64,000 nucleotides of DNA from NCBI GenBank assembly GCA_003221005.1, contig QHTZ01000071.1, positions 1-64,000 of the forward strand. The letters are read 5' to 3'. The position numbers and the translations under genes are program-made. Under the pieces are notes generated by a model. That model worked only from the letters and a program-made list of their open reading frames with translations. It was not told where the DNA came from and made no database searches. This DNA is from Gemmatimonadota bacterium (GTDB lineage Bacteria > Gemmatimonadota > Gemmatimonadetes > Gemmatimonadales > GWC2-71-9). This document shows positions 46,890 through 57,302 of this stretch, one piece after another (the stretch's first letter is position 1; the number at the start of each line of letters is the position of its first letter).

Positions 46890-47867
46890 ATGAACGCCTC
46901 AACGCCTCCCGCCACCTACAAGCTCGGGCTCGTCCAGATGGCGATGTCGCCCGAGCCCGCCCGCAATGTCGAGAAGGCTGTGGCCAAGGTGGCGGAAGCC
47001 GCTCGCGCCGGCGCGCGGCTCGTGTGCCTCCCCGAGCTGTTCCGCTCTCTCTACTTCGCGCAGCGCGAGGACGCCGCGCTCTTTGATCTCGCGGAGCCGG
47101 TGCCGGGCCCGACCACGGAGGCTCTCGCCCGCGCCGCTCGGCAGGCCGGCGTCGTGGTGATCGCCCCGGTGTTCGAACGACGCGCGCCCGGACTGTATCA
47201 CAACAGCGCGGCCGTGATCGACGCCGACGGTCAAGTGGTAGGGTTGTACCGCAAGATGCACATTCCCGACGACCCCGCGTATTACGAGAAATTCTACTTC
47301 ACCCCGGGCGACCTGGGGTTCCGCGCCTTCGACACGCGCGTGGGAAGGATCGGCACGCTGGTGTGCTGGGATCAGTGGTATCCCGAAGCTGCGCGGCTCA
47401 CGGCGCTCCAGGGCGCGCACATCCTTTGCTACCCGACGGCCATCGGCTGGCATCCCAGCGAGAAGACGGTCCACGGCGCCGAGCAGCTCGAGGCCTGGCG
47501 CACCATCCAACGCAGCCACGCGATCGCCAACGGGCTCTATGTCGCCGCCGTGAACCGCGTCGGCCTCGAGCGCCCCGACCGGGCCGCCGGGGGGGACGGT
47601 GGCGGGATCGAGTTCTGGGGCAGCTCTTTCCTCGTGGATCCGTTCGGCACGGTCGTGGCGCAGGCGCCGCCGGACCGCGAGACGGTGCTGATCGGCGAGG
47701 TAGACCTCGCGCGCCTCGAAGAGGTACGCCGCGGCTGGCCGTTCCTGCGCGATCGGCGCATCGATGCGTATGGAGGGATCAGCAGTCGCTTCCTGGACGA
47801 GCAGCCTGCAGCGGTAAGCAGTCAGCCATCAACAGCCAACAGACGCCGTCGCAGCGCTGACGGCTGA
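46890..47867 (+). CDS. aguB: N-carbamoylputrescine amidase
   Basis: LPELF, YRKMHIPDDP.YYEKFYF, VCWDQWYPE. Confidence 0.88.
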   Translation: MNASTPPATYKLGLVQMAMSPEPARNVEKAVAKVAEAARAGARLVCLPELFRSLYFAQREDAALFDLAEPVPGPTTEALARAARQAGVVVIAPVFERRAPGLYHNSAAVIDADGQVVGLYRKMHIPDDPAYYEKFYFTPGDLGFRAFDTRVGRIGTLVCWDQWYPEAARLTALQGAHILCYPTAIGWHPSEKTVHGAEQLEAWRTIQRSHAIANGLYVAAVNRVGLERPDRAAGGDGGGIEFWGSSFLVDPFGTVVAQAPPDRETVLIGEVDLARLEEVRRGWPFLRDRRIDAYGGISSRFLDEQPAAVSSQPSTANRRRRSADG

Positions 47868-47873
47868 GAGCTG

Positions 47874-48944
47874 ATGCCTGAGAGCGCTTCGTCCCTCGGC
47901 TTCCGCATGCCCGCCGAGTGGGAACGGCACGAGGCGACCTGGATCGGGTGGCCCCACAACGCCAGCGACTGGCCGGGCAAGATGGCGGCGATCCCGTGGG
48001 TCTACGCGGAGATCGTGCGCAAGCTCGCGCAGGGTGAGGTCGTGCGGACCCTGGTCAACTCAGGCGCGCACGAGCGACGGGCCCGCGCCGTCCTGGCCCG
48101 GTCGGGCGTGCCTCGGGAGCGCGTCGAGTTCCTCCGGTTCCCCACGAACCGCGGCTGGACCCGCGATTTCGGGCCTTGTTTCCTGCGGCGCACCGGTCCC
48201 AGATCGCCCGCCGAGGTGGCCATCGCCCGCTTCCGCTTCACCGCCTGGGCCAAGTATCCCGACTGGAAAAAGGACGACCGGATCCCCGAGCGTGTGGCGC
48301 GGCGCTTCAGGCTGAAGGTGTTCCGCGCACGGGCAGGAGACCGGGACGTCGTGCTCGAGGGCGGCAGCATCGACGTGAACGGCCGGGGCACCCTGCTGAC
48401 GACCGAGGAGTGTCTGCTCGATCCGAGGGTCCAGGTGCGAAACCCCGCACTGGGGCGCCGCGAGTTGGAGGACGTGCTTCGCGCCTGCCTCGGCGTGACG
48501 AACGTTCTCTGGCTCGGCAGGGGAATTGTAGGCGACGACACGCACGGACACGTCGATGACCTGTGCCGCTTCGTCGGTCCCCGCACGGTGGTGCTGTGCC
48601 GCGAGACCGATCCGCGCGACGCCAACTACCGGGCGCTCGAGGAGAACCGCGAGCGGCTCGAGGGAATGCGCGCGGAGGACGGCGCAAAACTCGAGGTGAT
48701 CGCGCTCCCCATGCCCGCGCCGTTGTATTGCGACGGCACGCGGCTCCCCGCGAGCTACGCCAATTTCTATGCGGCCAACGCCGCGGTGCTGGTTCCCACC
48801 TTCAACGACCAGAACGATCGCGTGGCGCTCGGCCTACTCGCCGAACTGTTCCGCGACCGTCCGGTCGTAGGGATTCACGCCGTGGACCTGGTGTGGGGAC
48901 TCGGGACCATTCACTGCCTCACGCAACAGCAGCCCGCCCCGTGA
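47874..48944 (+). CDS. aguA: Agmatine deiminase
   Basis: RMPAEWE, WTRDFGP, EGGSIDVNG, DDTHGHVD, IHCLTQQ. Confidence 0.9.
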   Translation: MPESASSLGFRMPAEWERHEATWIGWPHNASDWPGKMAAIPWVYAEIVRKLAQGEVVRTLVNSGAHERRARAVLARSGVPRERVEFLRFPTNRGWTRDFGPCFLRRTGPRSPAEVAIARFRFTAWAKYPDWKKDDRIPERVARRFRLKVFRARAGDRDVVLEGGSIDVNGRGTLLTTEECLLDPRVQVRNPALGRRELEDVLRACLGVTNVLWLGRGIVGDDTHGHVDDLCRFVGPRTVVLCRETDPRDANYRALEENRERLEGMRAEDGAKLEVIALPMPAPLYCDGTRLPASYANFYAANAAVLVPTFNDQNDRVALGLLAELFRDRPVVGIHAVDLVWGLGTIHCLTQQQPAP

Positions 48945-50178
48945 CCTCGCCGCACCAGGCGGCGTAGGTCCAGATCGCACCGCTGACGAGCACCGCTACA
49001 GGAAGGATCAAGACCGCGCGCGCGAGCGAGCTGGCATCCGAGATCGCGCCGACGACCGTTGGGGAGGGCACATCGCCCAGCACGTGGATCGTGAAAATGC
49101 TTGCCGCCATCGCCGTGGCCCGGATCCCTGGCGCCACGGCGTTCACGATCGCCGAATTGATCGGGCCCGTGGAAGTGAACAGCAGGATCTCGGCGACGAC
49201 GATCCCGGTCCAATAGACGGCCGGCGTGCCCGACGCGAGCGCGAGGAATGCGATGGGAGCAGCGACGAGCGTGGCGACTCCCGAGATCCACAGATAAGCC
49301 TGTCGCGTCAACGGCAGCAGCCGGTCTCCGATCCAGCCGCCCGCAAACGTGCCGAGGAAGCCGGTTGCCGCGAGACTGATGCCGGACCACAGCGTCGCCG
49401 GTCCCTCGGGAAGCGCTCGCACACGGATCAGAAATTTTGGCAGGAAGACCGCCATGCCCCCGAGCGCGAACGTGTAGGCGGCGTACCCGAGGACGGTCAG
49501 GACGTAGGGGCGATTGCGCAGCAGCGCGGCGTACGCTGTCCGCACGGCTCCCGCCGTGATGCGCTCGCCCACGTACTCGCTGTCGCACACGCCGCGCGGC
49601 GGATCCGGCAGCCGCAGCGCCAGGGCCGCGAGTGCTAGCCCTGGCACGCCCGCGACGAAGAACGCGCTACGCCACCCGAAGTGCACGTCCACCTGGCCAC
49701 CGACTACGTAACCCAGCGCGGAGCCGATCGGGATCGCCGCGAAGAAAATGGAGAACACCCGGCCGCGATGGGAGCGGGGGTAGTAGTCCGCGAGCAGGCT
49801 CGGCGCGATGGTCCCGTAGGCCGCCTCGCCCACTCCCACCAGCGCGCGCGCGACGAGCAGGCTCGCAAATCCCCACGCGAGGCCCCCCAGGGCGGTCGCC
49901 AGACTCCAGAGGAAAATGCCGAGGGCGATGAGCCGGGTGCGGGAGCGAGTATCGCCCAGCGTCCCGAACAGCGGGGCGGCGAGCATATACACGACGATGA
50001 AGCCGCTCGCGAGCACACCGAACTGCGTGTCCGTGACGTGGAGCGGCGAGCGCGTCAGGCTCTCCCCAAGCGCCGCCAGCACGTAGCGGTCGAGGTAATT
50101 GAACAGATTGACTAGCGTCAGGACCGCGAGGCCCCAGCGCACGCGGAGCGCTGTCGCTACAGGTTGCGCTTCAGCCAA
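48919..50178 (-). CDS. MFS transporter, spinster-like
   Basis: NLFNYLDRY, RALVGVGEA, HVLGDVPSP; start uncertain. Confidence 0.88.
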   Translation of the reverse strand: MAEAQPVATALRVRWGLAVLTLVNLFNYLDRYVLAALGESLTRSPLHVTDTQFGVLASGFIVVYMLAAPLFGTLGDTRSRTRLIALGIFLWSLATALGGLAWGFASLLVARALVGVGEAAYGTIAPSLLADYYPRSHRGRVFSIFFAAIPIGSALGYVVGGQVDVHFGWRSAFFVAGVPGLALAALALRLPDPPRGVCDSEYVGERITAGAVRTAYAALLRNRPYVLTVLGYAAYTFALGGMAVFLPKFLIRVRALPEGPATLWSGISLAATGFLGTFAGGWIGDRLLPLTRQAYLWISGVATLVAAPIAFLALASGTPAVYWTGIVVAEILLFTSTGPINSAIVNAVAPGIRATAMAASIFTIHVLGDVPSPTVVGAISDASSLARAVLILPVAVLVSGAIWTYAAWCGEVTGRAAVA

Positions 50179-52370
50179 TCGGTGAGCAGGCCGAACAGGT
50201 TCTCGCTCGTGTTGCCCCCCGAGATCGAGTGCGTCTTGTTCGGATAGATGCGCATGTCGAACTGCTTATTCGCGAGCTCGAGCTTCTGCACCAGGCGGAG
50301 CGTGTTCTGGAAATGCACGTTGTCGTCTCCCGTGCCGTGGACCACGAGGAAGCGACCCTTGAGTGAGTCGGCGTACGCCAGCGCCGAGCCCTCATCGTAG
50401 CCTTCGGGGTTCTCCGCCGGGGTGCGCATATAGCGCTCCGTGTAGATCGTGTCATAGAAGCGCCAGTCGGTCACGGGAGCGACGGCGATCCCAGCCCGGA
50501 ACACGCCACCCCCCAGGAACAGCGACCGCGATGCCGTGTAGCCCCCGTAGCTCCACCCCCAGATGCCGATACGCGACGCGTCCACGTATGGGAGCGAGCC
50601 AAGGGAGCGCGCCGCGGCGATCTGGTCCGCGGATTCGAAGTGCCCGAGTCGCAGGTAGGTGAGCTTCCGGAAGCGCGCGCCACGCGCCCCGGTCCCGCGA
50701 TTGTCGACGCTCGCGACGAGATAGCCCTCCTGGGCGAGCATCTGATACCACAGGTACGCCGCCCCACCCCACGCATCGAGGACCGTCTGCGAGCCGGGAC
50801 CTCCGTACACGTACATCAGGAGCGGGTAGCGCTTGGCGGGGTCGAAGTCCCGCGGCTTGATGATCAGCGCGTTCAGCTCCACTCCATCCGGCGTGCGCAG
50901 CTTCAGGAACTCCGGCGGCTTGAGGCCCAGCGCCGCCACCTTCCCGGCGAGCTTGGCGTTGTCCGCGATCGACCGGATGAGGCTGCCGTCAGCGTTGTGC
51001 AGCCGCTCGACCACCGGCACGCCGACGCGCGAGTACAGGTCGACGTAGAACCGTCGCGTGGGGTCGAACTCGGGGTTGTGCGAGCCGGGCTCGCGCGAGA
51101 TCCGCGTCACGGCCTTGCCGTCGAGCCCGACGCGCAGCAGCGGCCGACTGAGCGGCCCGTCGATCGCCCCCGTGACGTACACGGCGCGCGCCTTTTCGTC
51201 GACGCCACGCACTTCGAGCACGTCCCAATCGCCCGGGGTAAGGCGCCGCACCAGCGCGCCCGACCGCGTGTAGAGGTACAGGTGCGTGTAGCCATCCCGC
51301 TCGCTCGCGAAGAGGAACTGCTTTCCCCCGTCGAACCAGACTGGCTGATGGGCGTCCACCCAGGCCGAGTCGCGGTCGGTCATGATCGTCCGGGACGCGC
51401 CGCTGCGGACATCCGACAGCAGCAGGTCCACCCGGTTCTGCGCCCGGTTCAGCCGGGTCAGCCAGATCTCGGTGGGTGAGTCGGCGAAGTCCATCGCGGC
51501 CACGTAGATGTCCCGGTCGGCACCCAGATCCACCCAGGCGGTGCGGCCGGTCGCGAGCTCCACGACGCCGATCCGTACCTCCGAGTTGGGCGTGCCGGCC
51601 TTGGGATAGTGGACCGGCACCAGCGTCGGGTAGAGCTGGTCGGCGTTAACGAGGTAATACGGCCGGACCGCCGTCTGGTCGAAGCGCCAGAAGGCGATGC
51701 GCTGGCCATCGGGACTCCAGCGAAAGGCGTCCCGCAGATCGAGCTCCTCTTCGTACACCCAGTCCGAGGTGCCGTTGATGACGTTGTCGCCGCCGTCAGT
51801 GGTGAGGGCCGTCTCGGCGCCGCTCGCGAGGTCGCTCACGAAGATGTTGTTGTCGCGGACGAAGGCGACCCGCTGCCCGTCGGGCGAGAGCTTCGCGAAC
51901 ATCTGGTAGCCGGATTTGCGGCTCATGGGGACGAGGCGCTTCCCTGCGAAGTCCCAGATGTAGTAGGTGCCCTTGGTATTCTGGCGCCACACCCGGACCG
52001 AGTTGGTGTAGATGAGCAGCTTCGCGCCGTCGCGGGAGAACTGGTAGCCGTCCACATCGATCGGGTCCCGGGCTCCGGGGGGCACCAGCTCGGCGCCGCG
52101 GACCAGGACCGTGCGCGCCCCGGAGACGGCGTCCACGCGGTACAGATTGGTCTCGTCGCTCGAATCGGACTCGAGGTAGGTATACGCTGTCCCGTCCCGC
52201 ATCCACTCGGTCTCTCTCAGGTCGTTCGCGAAGTCGCGGGACCCGAAGATGGAGTGGACCGTCAGCGCGGGGCCCTGCCCCGGGAGCGAACGGGCGAGGA
52301 GAACGAGGACGGCGAGGTAGGCGAGGAGGGCGCGGCCTGCCGGTCGGCGCCCGAGCTCCGGGAAGCGCAT
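50157..52370 (-). CDS. Dipeptidyl peptidase IV (S9B)
   Basis: DWVYEEE, YPKAG, GWSYGG, HGTGDDNVH. Confidence 0.92.
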   Translation of the reverse strand: MRFPELGRRPAGRALLAYLAVLVLLARSLPGQGPALTVHSIFGSRDFANDLRETEWMRDGTAYTYLESDSSDETNLYRVDAVSGARTVLVRGAELVPPGARDPIDVDGYQFSRDGAKLLIYTNSVRVWRQNTKGTYYIWDFAGKRLVPMSRKSGYQMFAKLSPDGQRVAFVRDNNIFVSDLASGAETALTTDGGDNVINGTSDWVYEEELDLRDAFRWSPDGQRIAFWRFDQTAVRPYYLVNADQLYPTLVPVHYPKAGTPNSEVRIGVVELATGRTAWVDLGADRDIYVAAMDFADSPTEIWLTRLNRAQNRVDLLLSDVRSGASRTIMTDRDSAWVDAHQPVWFDGGKQFLFASERDGYTHLYLYTRSGALVRRLTPGDWDVLEVRGVDEKARAVYVTGAIDGPLSRPLLRVGLDGKAVTRISREPGSHNPEFDPTRRFYVDLYSRVGVPVVERLHNADGSLIRSIADNAKLAGKVAALGLKPPEFLKLRTPDGVELNALIIKPRDFDPAKRYPLLMYVYGGPGSQTVLDAWGGAAYLWYQMLAQEGYLVASVDNRGTGARGARFRKLTYLRLGHFESADQIAAARSLGSLPYVDASRIGIWGWSYGGYTASRSLFLGGGVFRAGIAVAPVTDWRFYDTIYTERYMRTPAENPEGYDEGSALAYADSLKGRFLVVHGTGDDNVHFQNTLRLVQKLELANKQFDMRIYPNKTHSISGGNTSENLFGLLTDWLKRNL

Positions 52371-52454
52371 GGTGGTCACCCAACCGATCCGTGGGGAGGG
52401 GGAGCCGGAAACTAACCCCCCACAACGGGTGGGGCGAAGGCCGGAGGCTGCCCC

Positions 52455-52484
52455 TTGACGGCGGTTGGAACAATCTGGTATATT
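52455..52484 (+). promoter_or_regulatory. gltB promoter (extended -10)
   Basis: TTGACG-N18-TATATT with TG at the extended -10 position. Confidence 0.65.
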
Positions 52485-52646
52485 TATTCTGCAAGCTGCA
52501 TATTCATGCGAGCCGATTCATACTTATGGTGGGCCCGATACCGTGAATAACCGGCTGCCGCAGAACCCCGTCACGAAGATTCCGGCTAGTCCCCACAGCG
52601 GGAGCGACCGGGCGGCGTAGGTGTGCAGGCAGCAGACAGAATCCCC

Positions 52647-52679
52647 CGGCCCGCTCCCAACGGAGCGGGCCGTTTTTTT
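52647..52679 (+). terminator. Intrinsic terminator in the gltB leader
   Basis: CGGCCCGCTCC-caac-GGAGCGGGCCG-T7. Confidence 0.85.
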
Positions 52680-52703
52680 GAGCGCTGACTAGAGGGAGCG
52701 GGC

Positions 52704-55700
52704 ATGGCGGACGACGCGGACCGGTCGCACCAGGCGAGCCAGGGCGCGCGCGGACTCGACCCCTGGCGGGAGCACGACGCCTGCGGCGTGGGTTTCGTGG
52801 CGCGGGCGTCGGGCGAGCCGTCCCACGGCGTGCTCACGCTGGCGCTGCAGGCCGTCGCCCGCGTGGCCCACCGCGGTGCCGCGGCCACCGACTCCTCGGG
52901 CGACGGCGCCGGCCTGCTCACGCAGATCCCCCACCGCCTCTTCTATGAGGAAGCGGCGCAGCTCGGGGTCGACCTCAAGCCCGGACAACCGTTCGCGCTG
53001 GGCGCGTTCTTCCTCCCCCGCGAGCCAGGCGCGCTGGCGCGCGCCACGGCGATCATCGAGGACGTGCTGCGGGAGGACGGTCTCCCCATCCTCGGCTGGC
53101 GGGAAGTGCCGGTCGACGCGGCCGTGCTCGGTGCCACGGCCCGCGCCACCTGCCCCACCCTGCGCCAGGCGCTGGTTGCCGCCCCTGCCGGCGGCGGCTG
53201 GCCCGACGAGGCCGCGTGGGAGCGGGCGCTGCATCTCGCTCGCCACACGATCGACGCCCGCGTCGCCGCGGCCGGCCCGGAGCTGACGCCGTTCTTCGTG
53301 TGCTCGCTCTCGTGCCGCACCGTCGTCTACAAGGCGCTGCTCACGGGCACTCAGCTGCCGAACTTCTACCGCGACTTCCAGTCGCCCAGCTATCAGACGG
53401 CGATCGCGCTGTTTCACCAGCGCTACTCGACGAACACGCTGCCGAGCTGGCCGCTGGCGCAGCCGTTCCGGCTGTTGGCGCACAACGGCGAGATCAACAC
53501 GCTGTGGGGGAACCGCAACGCCATGCAGGCGCGCGAGCCAGCGCTGGCCTCGCCTGTCTGGGGTGACGCGGTCGACCGCCTCAAGCCCGTGATCTGGACT
53601 GAGGGAAGCGACTCCACGAGCCTCGACAACGCGCTCGAGCTCCTGGTACGCTCCGGCCGGGACCCGGTCCACGCCATCATGATGTTGGTGCCGGAGGCAC
53701 ACGAGGGCGGGTCGGAAATCGACCCTTCGCTCCGCGGGTTCTATGAGTTCCACGAGTGTCTGCTTGAGCCCTGGGACGGCCCTGCCGCGCTCGCCTTCAC
53801 CGACGGGGTGATCGCCGGCTCGGCGCTCGACCGCAACGGGCTACGCCCCTGCCGCTATAAGATCACGCGCGATGGGCTCGTGGTCGCGGGCTCCGAAGTC
53901 GGCCTAGTCGACCTCGACCCTCGCGAGGTCGTCGAGAGCGGTAGTCTCGGCCCGGGCGAGCTGCTGGTGGTGGACACGGGCCGCAAGGCGATCATGCACA
54001 ACGCCGAAGCCAAGCGCGAGGTGGCGCAGCGGCGACCCTACGCCAGCTGGGCGGCGCGCAGCATCCGGTTGCTGCGCCCCACCGGCCAGGCCGCCGAGCC
54101 GGCGCTCGAAGGCGCCGCCCTGGTCGCCCGGCAGCGGGCGTTCGGCTACAGCTTCGAGGACCTGCGCTACGTGCTCGAGCCGATGGGCGGCGCGGGCCTG
54201 GACGCCGTGTGGAGCATGGGCGACGACACGCCGATTCCGCCGCTCGCGCGCATCGCCCCGACCTTTTACGCCTACTTCCGGCAGCGCTTCGCGCAGGTGA
54301 CGAACCCGCCGATCGACCCGCTGCGCGAAGAGCTGGTCATGTCGCTGCGCATGCACCTCGGCCGGCGTAGCTCGCTCCTCCTCGACCGGTCCGCCGGGTT
54401 GCGGCTGGTGCGCATCGACCATCCCGTGCTGCTAGAGGAGGAGATGGCTGCGCTGCAGAACGTGGCTGGCGTGCCCGCGACCACCCTTCCCGCGACCTGG
54501 CAGGCGACCGCTGAACCCGACGCACTTCGCACCGCGCTCGACCAGCTCGCGCGCACGGCGGCCCGCGCGGTCCGCCAGGGGACGCGCATCGTCGTCGTGA
54601 GCGACCGTGCAGCCGACCGGGACCACCCGGCGATCCCGATGCTGCTCGCCATCGGCGCCGTGCATCAGCACCTGCTCCGCGAGGGCCTGCGCACGCGCGC
54701 CAGCCTCGTGGCGGAGGCGGGTGATTCCTGGGACGTGCACCACTGCGCCGCGCTGATCGGCTACGGGGCGGAGGCGGTGCACCCGTGGCTCGCGCTCGAG
54801 TCGGTCCAGGCGCTGTTTGCGGAGGAGGAGCGGGGCAAGCCGACCGACGCACCCCGTCCCACACCGCGCGAGGCCCGGCTCAAGTTTCGCGCGGCGGCGG
54901 AAAAGGGCCTGCTCAAGGTGCTGTCCAAGATGGGTATCTCGGCGCTCTCGTCGTACTGCGGCGCCCAGATCTTCGAAGCGCTGGGGCTCGGAGCGGAGGT
55001 GATCGACCGCTGCTTCACGGGCACCGTGTCCATCATCGGCGGAATCGGTTTTGCGGAGATCGCCGAAGACGTGCTGGCGCGGCACCGCGCCGCCTACCCG
55101 GCGGAGGCGGCGCAGGCCGGGCTGCCGGACTTCGGCCGCGTGCGCTTCCGGAAAGAGGGCGAAGATCACGCCTGGTCGCCCCCGATCGTCAAGGCGTTGC
55201 AGCGCGCGATCGGCGACGGCGCCACGGGCGGGGACGGCTACGCGGACTTCCTGTCGCGGCTCACGGCGCGCGCGCCGGCGAGCCCTCGCGACCTGCTCAC
55301 CATGCGGTCGCGCGGGCCGATCCCACTCGAGGAGGTCGAGCCCGCCGAGGCCATCCGCACGCGGTTCATCACGACGGCGATGTCGCTCGGCGCGTTGTCA
55401 CCCGAGGCGCACCGCACGCTCGCGATCGGGATGAACCGCATGGGCGCACGGTCCAACTGTGGCGAGGGCGGCGAAGATCCGGATACCTACGCTCCGCTGC
55501 CGAACGGCGACCGCGCGGACAACAAGATCAAGCAGGTCGCGTCGGGACGGTTCGGCGTGACGACACGGTATCTCATGCGCGCCGAGGAGCTCGAGATCAA
55601 GATGGCGCAGGGATCGAAGCCCGGCGAAGGGGGCCAGCTCCCCGGTCACAAGGTGACGGCGCTGATCGCCCGGCTGCGGCATTCCGTGCCCGGGGTGCCG

Positions 55701-57302
55701 CTGATCTCGCCGGCGCCGCACCACGACATCTATTCGATCGAGGACCTCGCGCAGCTGATCCACGATCTGAAGCAGGTGAACCCGAGGGCGCGCGTGGGCG
55801 TGAAGCTCGTCACGGAGGCGGGCGTGGGGACCGTGGCGGCGGGCGTCGCCAAGGCCTACGCCGACTACGTGCTCATCTCCGGGCACAACGGGGGCACGGG
55901 AGCATCGCCCCTGTCGTCCATCAAGCACGCCGGCTCTCCCTGGGAGCTCGGCCTCGCGGAGACGCAGGCCCGGCTGATCGCCAACGGCCTGCGCCACCGC
56001 ATCGAGGTGCGCGTGGACGGGGGCCTGCGCACCGGCCGCGACGTCGTGATCGCCGCGCTGCTCGGCGCGGAGGCGTACGGCTTTGGGACCGCCTCACTCG
56101 TCTCCATCGGGTGCGACATGGCCCGGCAGTGCCACTTGAATAGCTGTCCCACCGGGATCGCGACACAGAAGCCCGAGCTGCGGGCGAAGTTCACCGGCAC
56201 GCCGGACCAGGTGGTCGGCTACTTCACTTGGATGGCGGAAGAGGTGCGGCGCATCCTCGCCGAGCTCGGCTTCCACAGCCTGGACGAGGTCATCGGCCGG
56301 GTGGACCTGCTCGAGCGCGTCGACCACCCCGAGATGCCGCGCGCCCAGATGCTGGACCTGTCGGCCGTGCTGGCGAACCCGCTCGCCGGGGTCCCGGTCC
56401 TAGCCGACCCGCTGGGCGGGCGGGACGCACCGCGGCGGCGCACCGTGGCGCGGAACGATCGCCCCGGGGTCGAGTCGCTCGACGAGGAAATCCTGAGCGT
56501 GCTCGAGCCGCGCCTCGACAGCGGCCGGCCGTTCGCCGGCGTGTACGACATCGGCAACCACCACCTGACCGTCGGCGCGCGCGTCGCCGGACGCATCGTG
56601 GATCGCGGCGGCGACGCCCTCCCCGTCGGGCACGTGCGGTTGCGCTTCCGCGGCAGCGCCGGCCAGAGCTTCGGTGCGTTCGCCGTCCCGGCGATGCACC
56701 TCGAGCTCGAAGGGGAGGCGAACGACTACGTGGGCAAGGGCTTGTCGGGGGGCGAGGTCGTGATCCGGCCGTTCCGCGAGGCGGCCTACGCCGGCGCCAC
56801 CCACCGCCACGTGATCCTCGGCAACACGACGCTGTACGGTGCTACCAGCGGGAAGCTATTCGCGGCGGGCCGCGCCGGCGACCGGTTCGCCGTGCGGAAC
56901 TCGGGCGCCGTCGCCGTCATCGAGGGCGCGGGAAACCACTGCTGCGAGTACATGACGTCGGGCGTCGTCGTGGTGCTGGGACAGGTGGGGCGTAACTTCG
57001 GCGCCGGCATGTCGAATGGCCTCGCCTACGTGCTCGACGAGGCGGGGACGTTCGCCTCGCGCTGCAACTTCGACATGGTGGACGCGCGGCCCCTCGACGA
57101 GGCGGACGCGGACGTGGTGCGCGCCCTCGTGCGGGAGCACCTGGACAAGACCGGCAGCCCCCGGGCGGCGGCCGTGCTCGAGGACTGGGAGAGGTTCCGC
57201 CCCCTCTTCCAGAAGGTCGTGCCGCACACCGCACCCGCGCCTGCCCCGGCGGCGCCGCCGCCTGCTCCGACCGAAATCCCGACCGAGCGCGTGCGGCCTT
57301 AG
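52704..57302 (+). CDS. gltB: Glutamate synthase large subunit
   Basis: HDA/CGVGF, HQRYSTNT, HNGEIN, QGSKPGEGGQL, CDMARQCHLNSCP, GXGXG C-terminal domain. Confidence 0.96.
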   Translation: MADDADRSHQASQGARGLDPWREHDACGVGFVARASGEPSHGVLTLALQAVARVAHRGAAATDSSGDGAGLLTQIPHRLFYEEAAQLGVDLKPGQPFALGAFFLPREPGALARATAIIEDVLREDGLPILGWREVPVDAAVLGATARATCPTLRQALVAAPAGGGWPDEAAWERALHLARHTIDARVAAAGPELTPFFVCSLSCRTVVYKALLTGTQLPNFYRDFQSPSYQTAIALFHQRYSTNTLPSWPLAQPFRLLAHNGEINTLWGNRNAMQAREPALASPVWGDAVDRLKPVIWTEGSDSTSLDNALELLVRSGRDPVHAIMMLVPEAHEGGSEIDPSLRGFYEFHECLLEPWDGPAALAFTDGVIAGSALDRNGLRPCRYKITRDGLVVAGSEVGLVDLDPREVVESGSLGPGELLVVDTGRKAIMHNAEAKREVAQRRPYASWAARSIRLLRPTGQAAEPALEGAALVARQRAFGYSFEDLRYVLEPMGGAGLDAVWSMGDDTPIPPLARIAPTFYAYFRQRFAQVTNPPIDPLREELVMSLRMHLGRRSSLLLDRSAGLRLVRIDHPVLLEEEMAALQNVAGVPATTLPATWQATAEPDALRTALDQLARTAARAVRQGTRIVVVSDRAADRDHPAIPMLLAIGAVHQHLLREGLRTRASLVAEAGDSWDVHHCAALIGYGAEAVHPWLALESVQALFAEEERGKPTDAPRPTPREARLKFRAAAEKGLLKVLSKMGISALSSYCGAQIFEALGLGAEVIDRCFTGTVSIIGGIGFAEIAEDVLARHRAAYPAEAAQAGLPDFGRVRFRKEGEDHAWSPPIVKALQRAIGDGATGGDGYADFLSRLTARAPASPRDLLTMRSRGPIPLEEVEPAEAIRTRFITTAMSLGALSPEAHRTLAIGMNRMGARSNCGEGGEDPDTYAPLPNGDRADNKIKQVASGRFGVTTRYLMRAEELEIKMAQGSKPGEGGQLPGHKVTALIARLRHSVPGVPLISPAPHHDIYSIEDLAQLIHDLKQVNPRARVGVKLVTEAGVGTVAAGVAKAYADYVLISGHNGGTGASPLSSIKHAGSPWELGLAETQARLIANGLRHRIEVRVDGGLRTGRDVVIAALLGAEAYGFGTASLVSIGCDMARQCHLNSCPTGIATQKPELRAKFTGTPDQVVGYFTWMAEEVRRILAELGFHSLDEVIGRVDLLERVDHPEMPRAQMLDLSAVLANPLAGVPVLADPLGGRDAPRRRTVARNDRPGVESLDEEILSVLEPRLDSGRPFAGVYDIGNHHLTVGARVAGRIVDRGGDALPVGHVRLRFRGSAGQSFGAFAVPAMHLELEGEANDYVGKGLSGGEVVIRPFREAAYAGATHRHVILGNTTLYGATSGKLFAAGRAGDRFAVRNSGAVAVIEGAGNHCCEYMTSGVVVVLGQVGRNFGAGMSNGLAYVLDEAGTFASRCNFDMVDARPLDEADADVVRALVREHLDKTGSPRAAAVLEDWERFRPLFQKVVPHTAPAPAPAAPPPAPTEIPTERVRP

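Noticed and set aside
54785-56143. 452-aa alternate-frame ORF inside gltB
   Set aside because: Arg/Gly/Ala-rich off-frame artefact.
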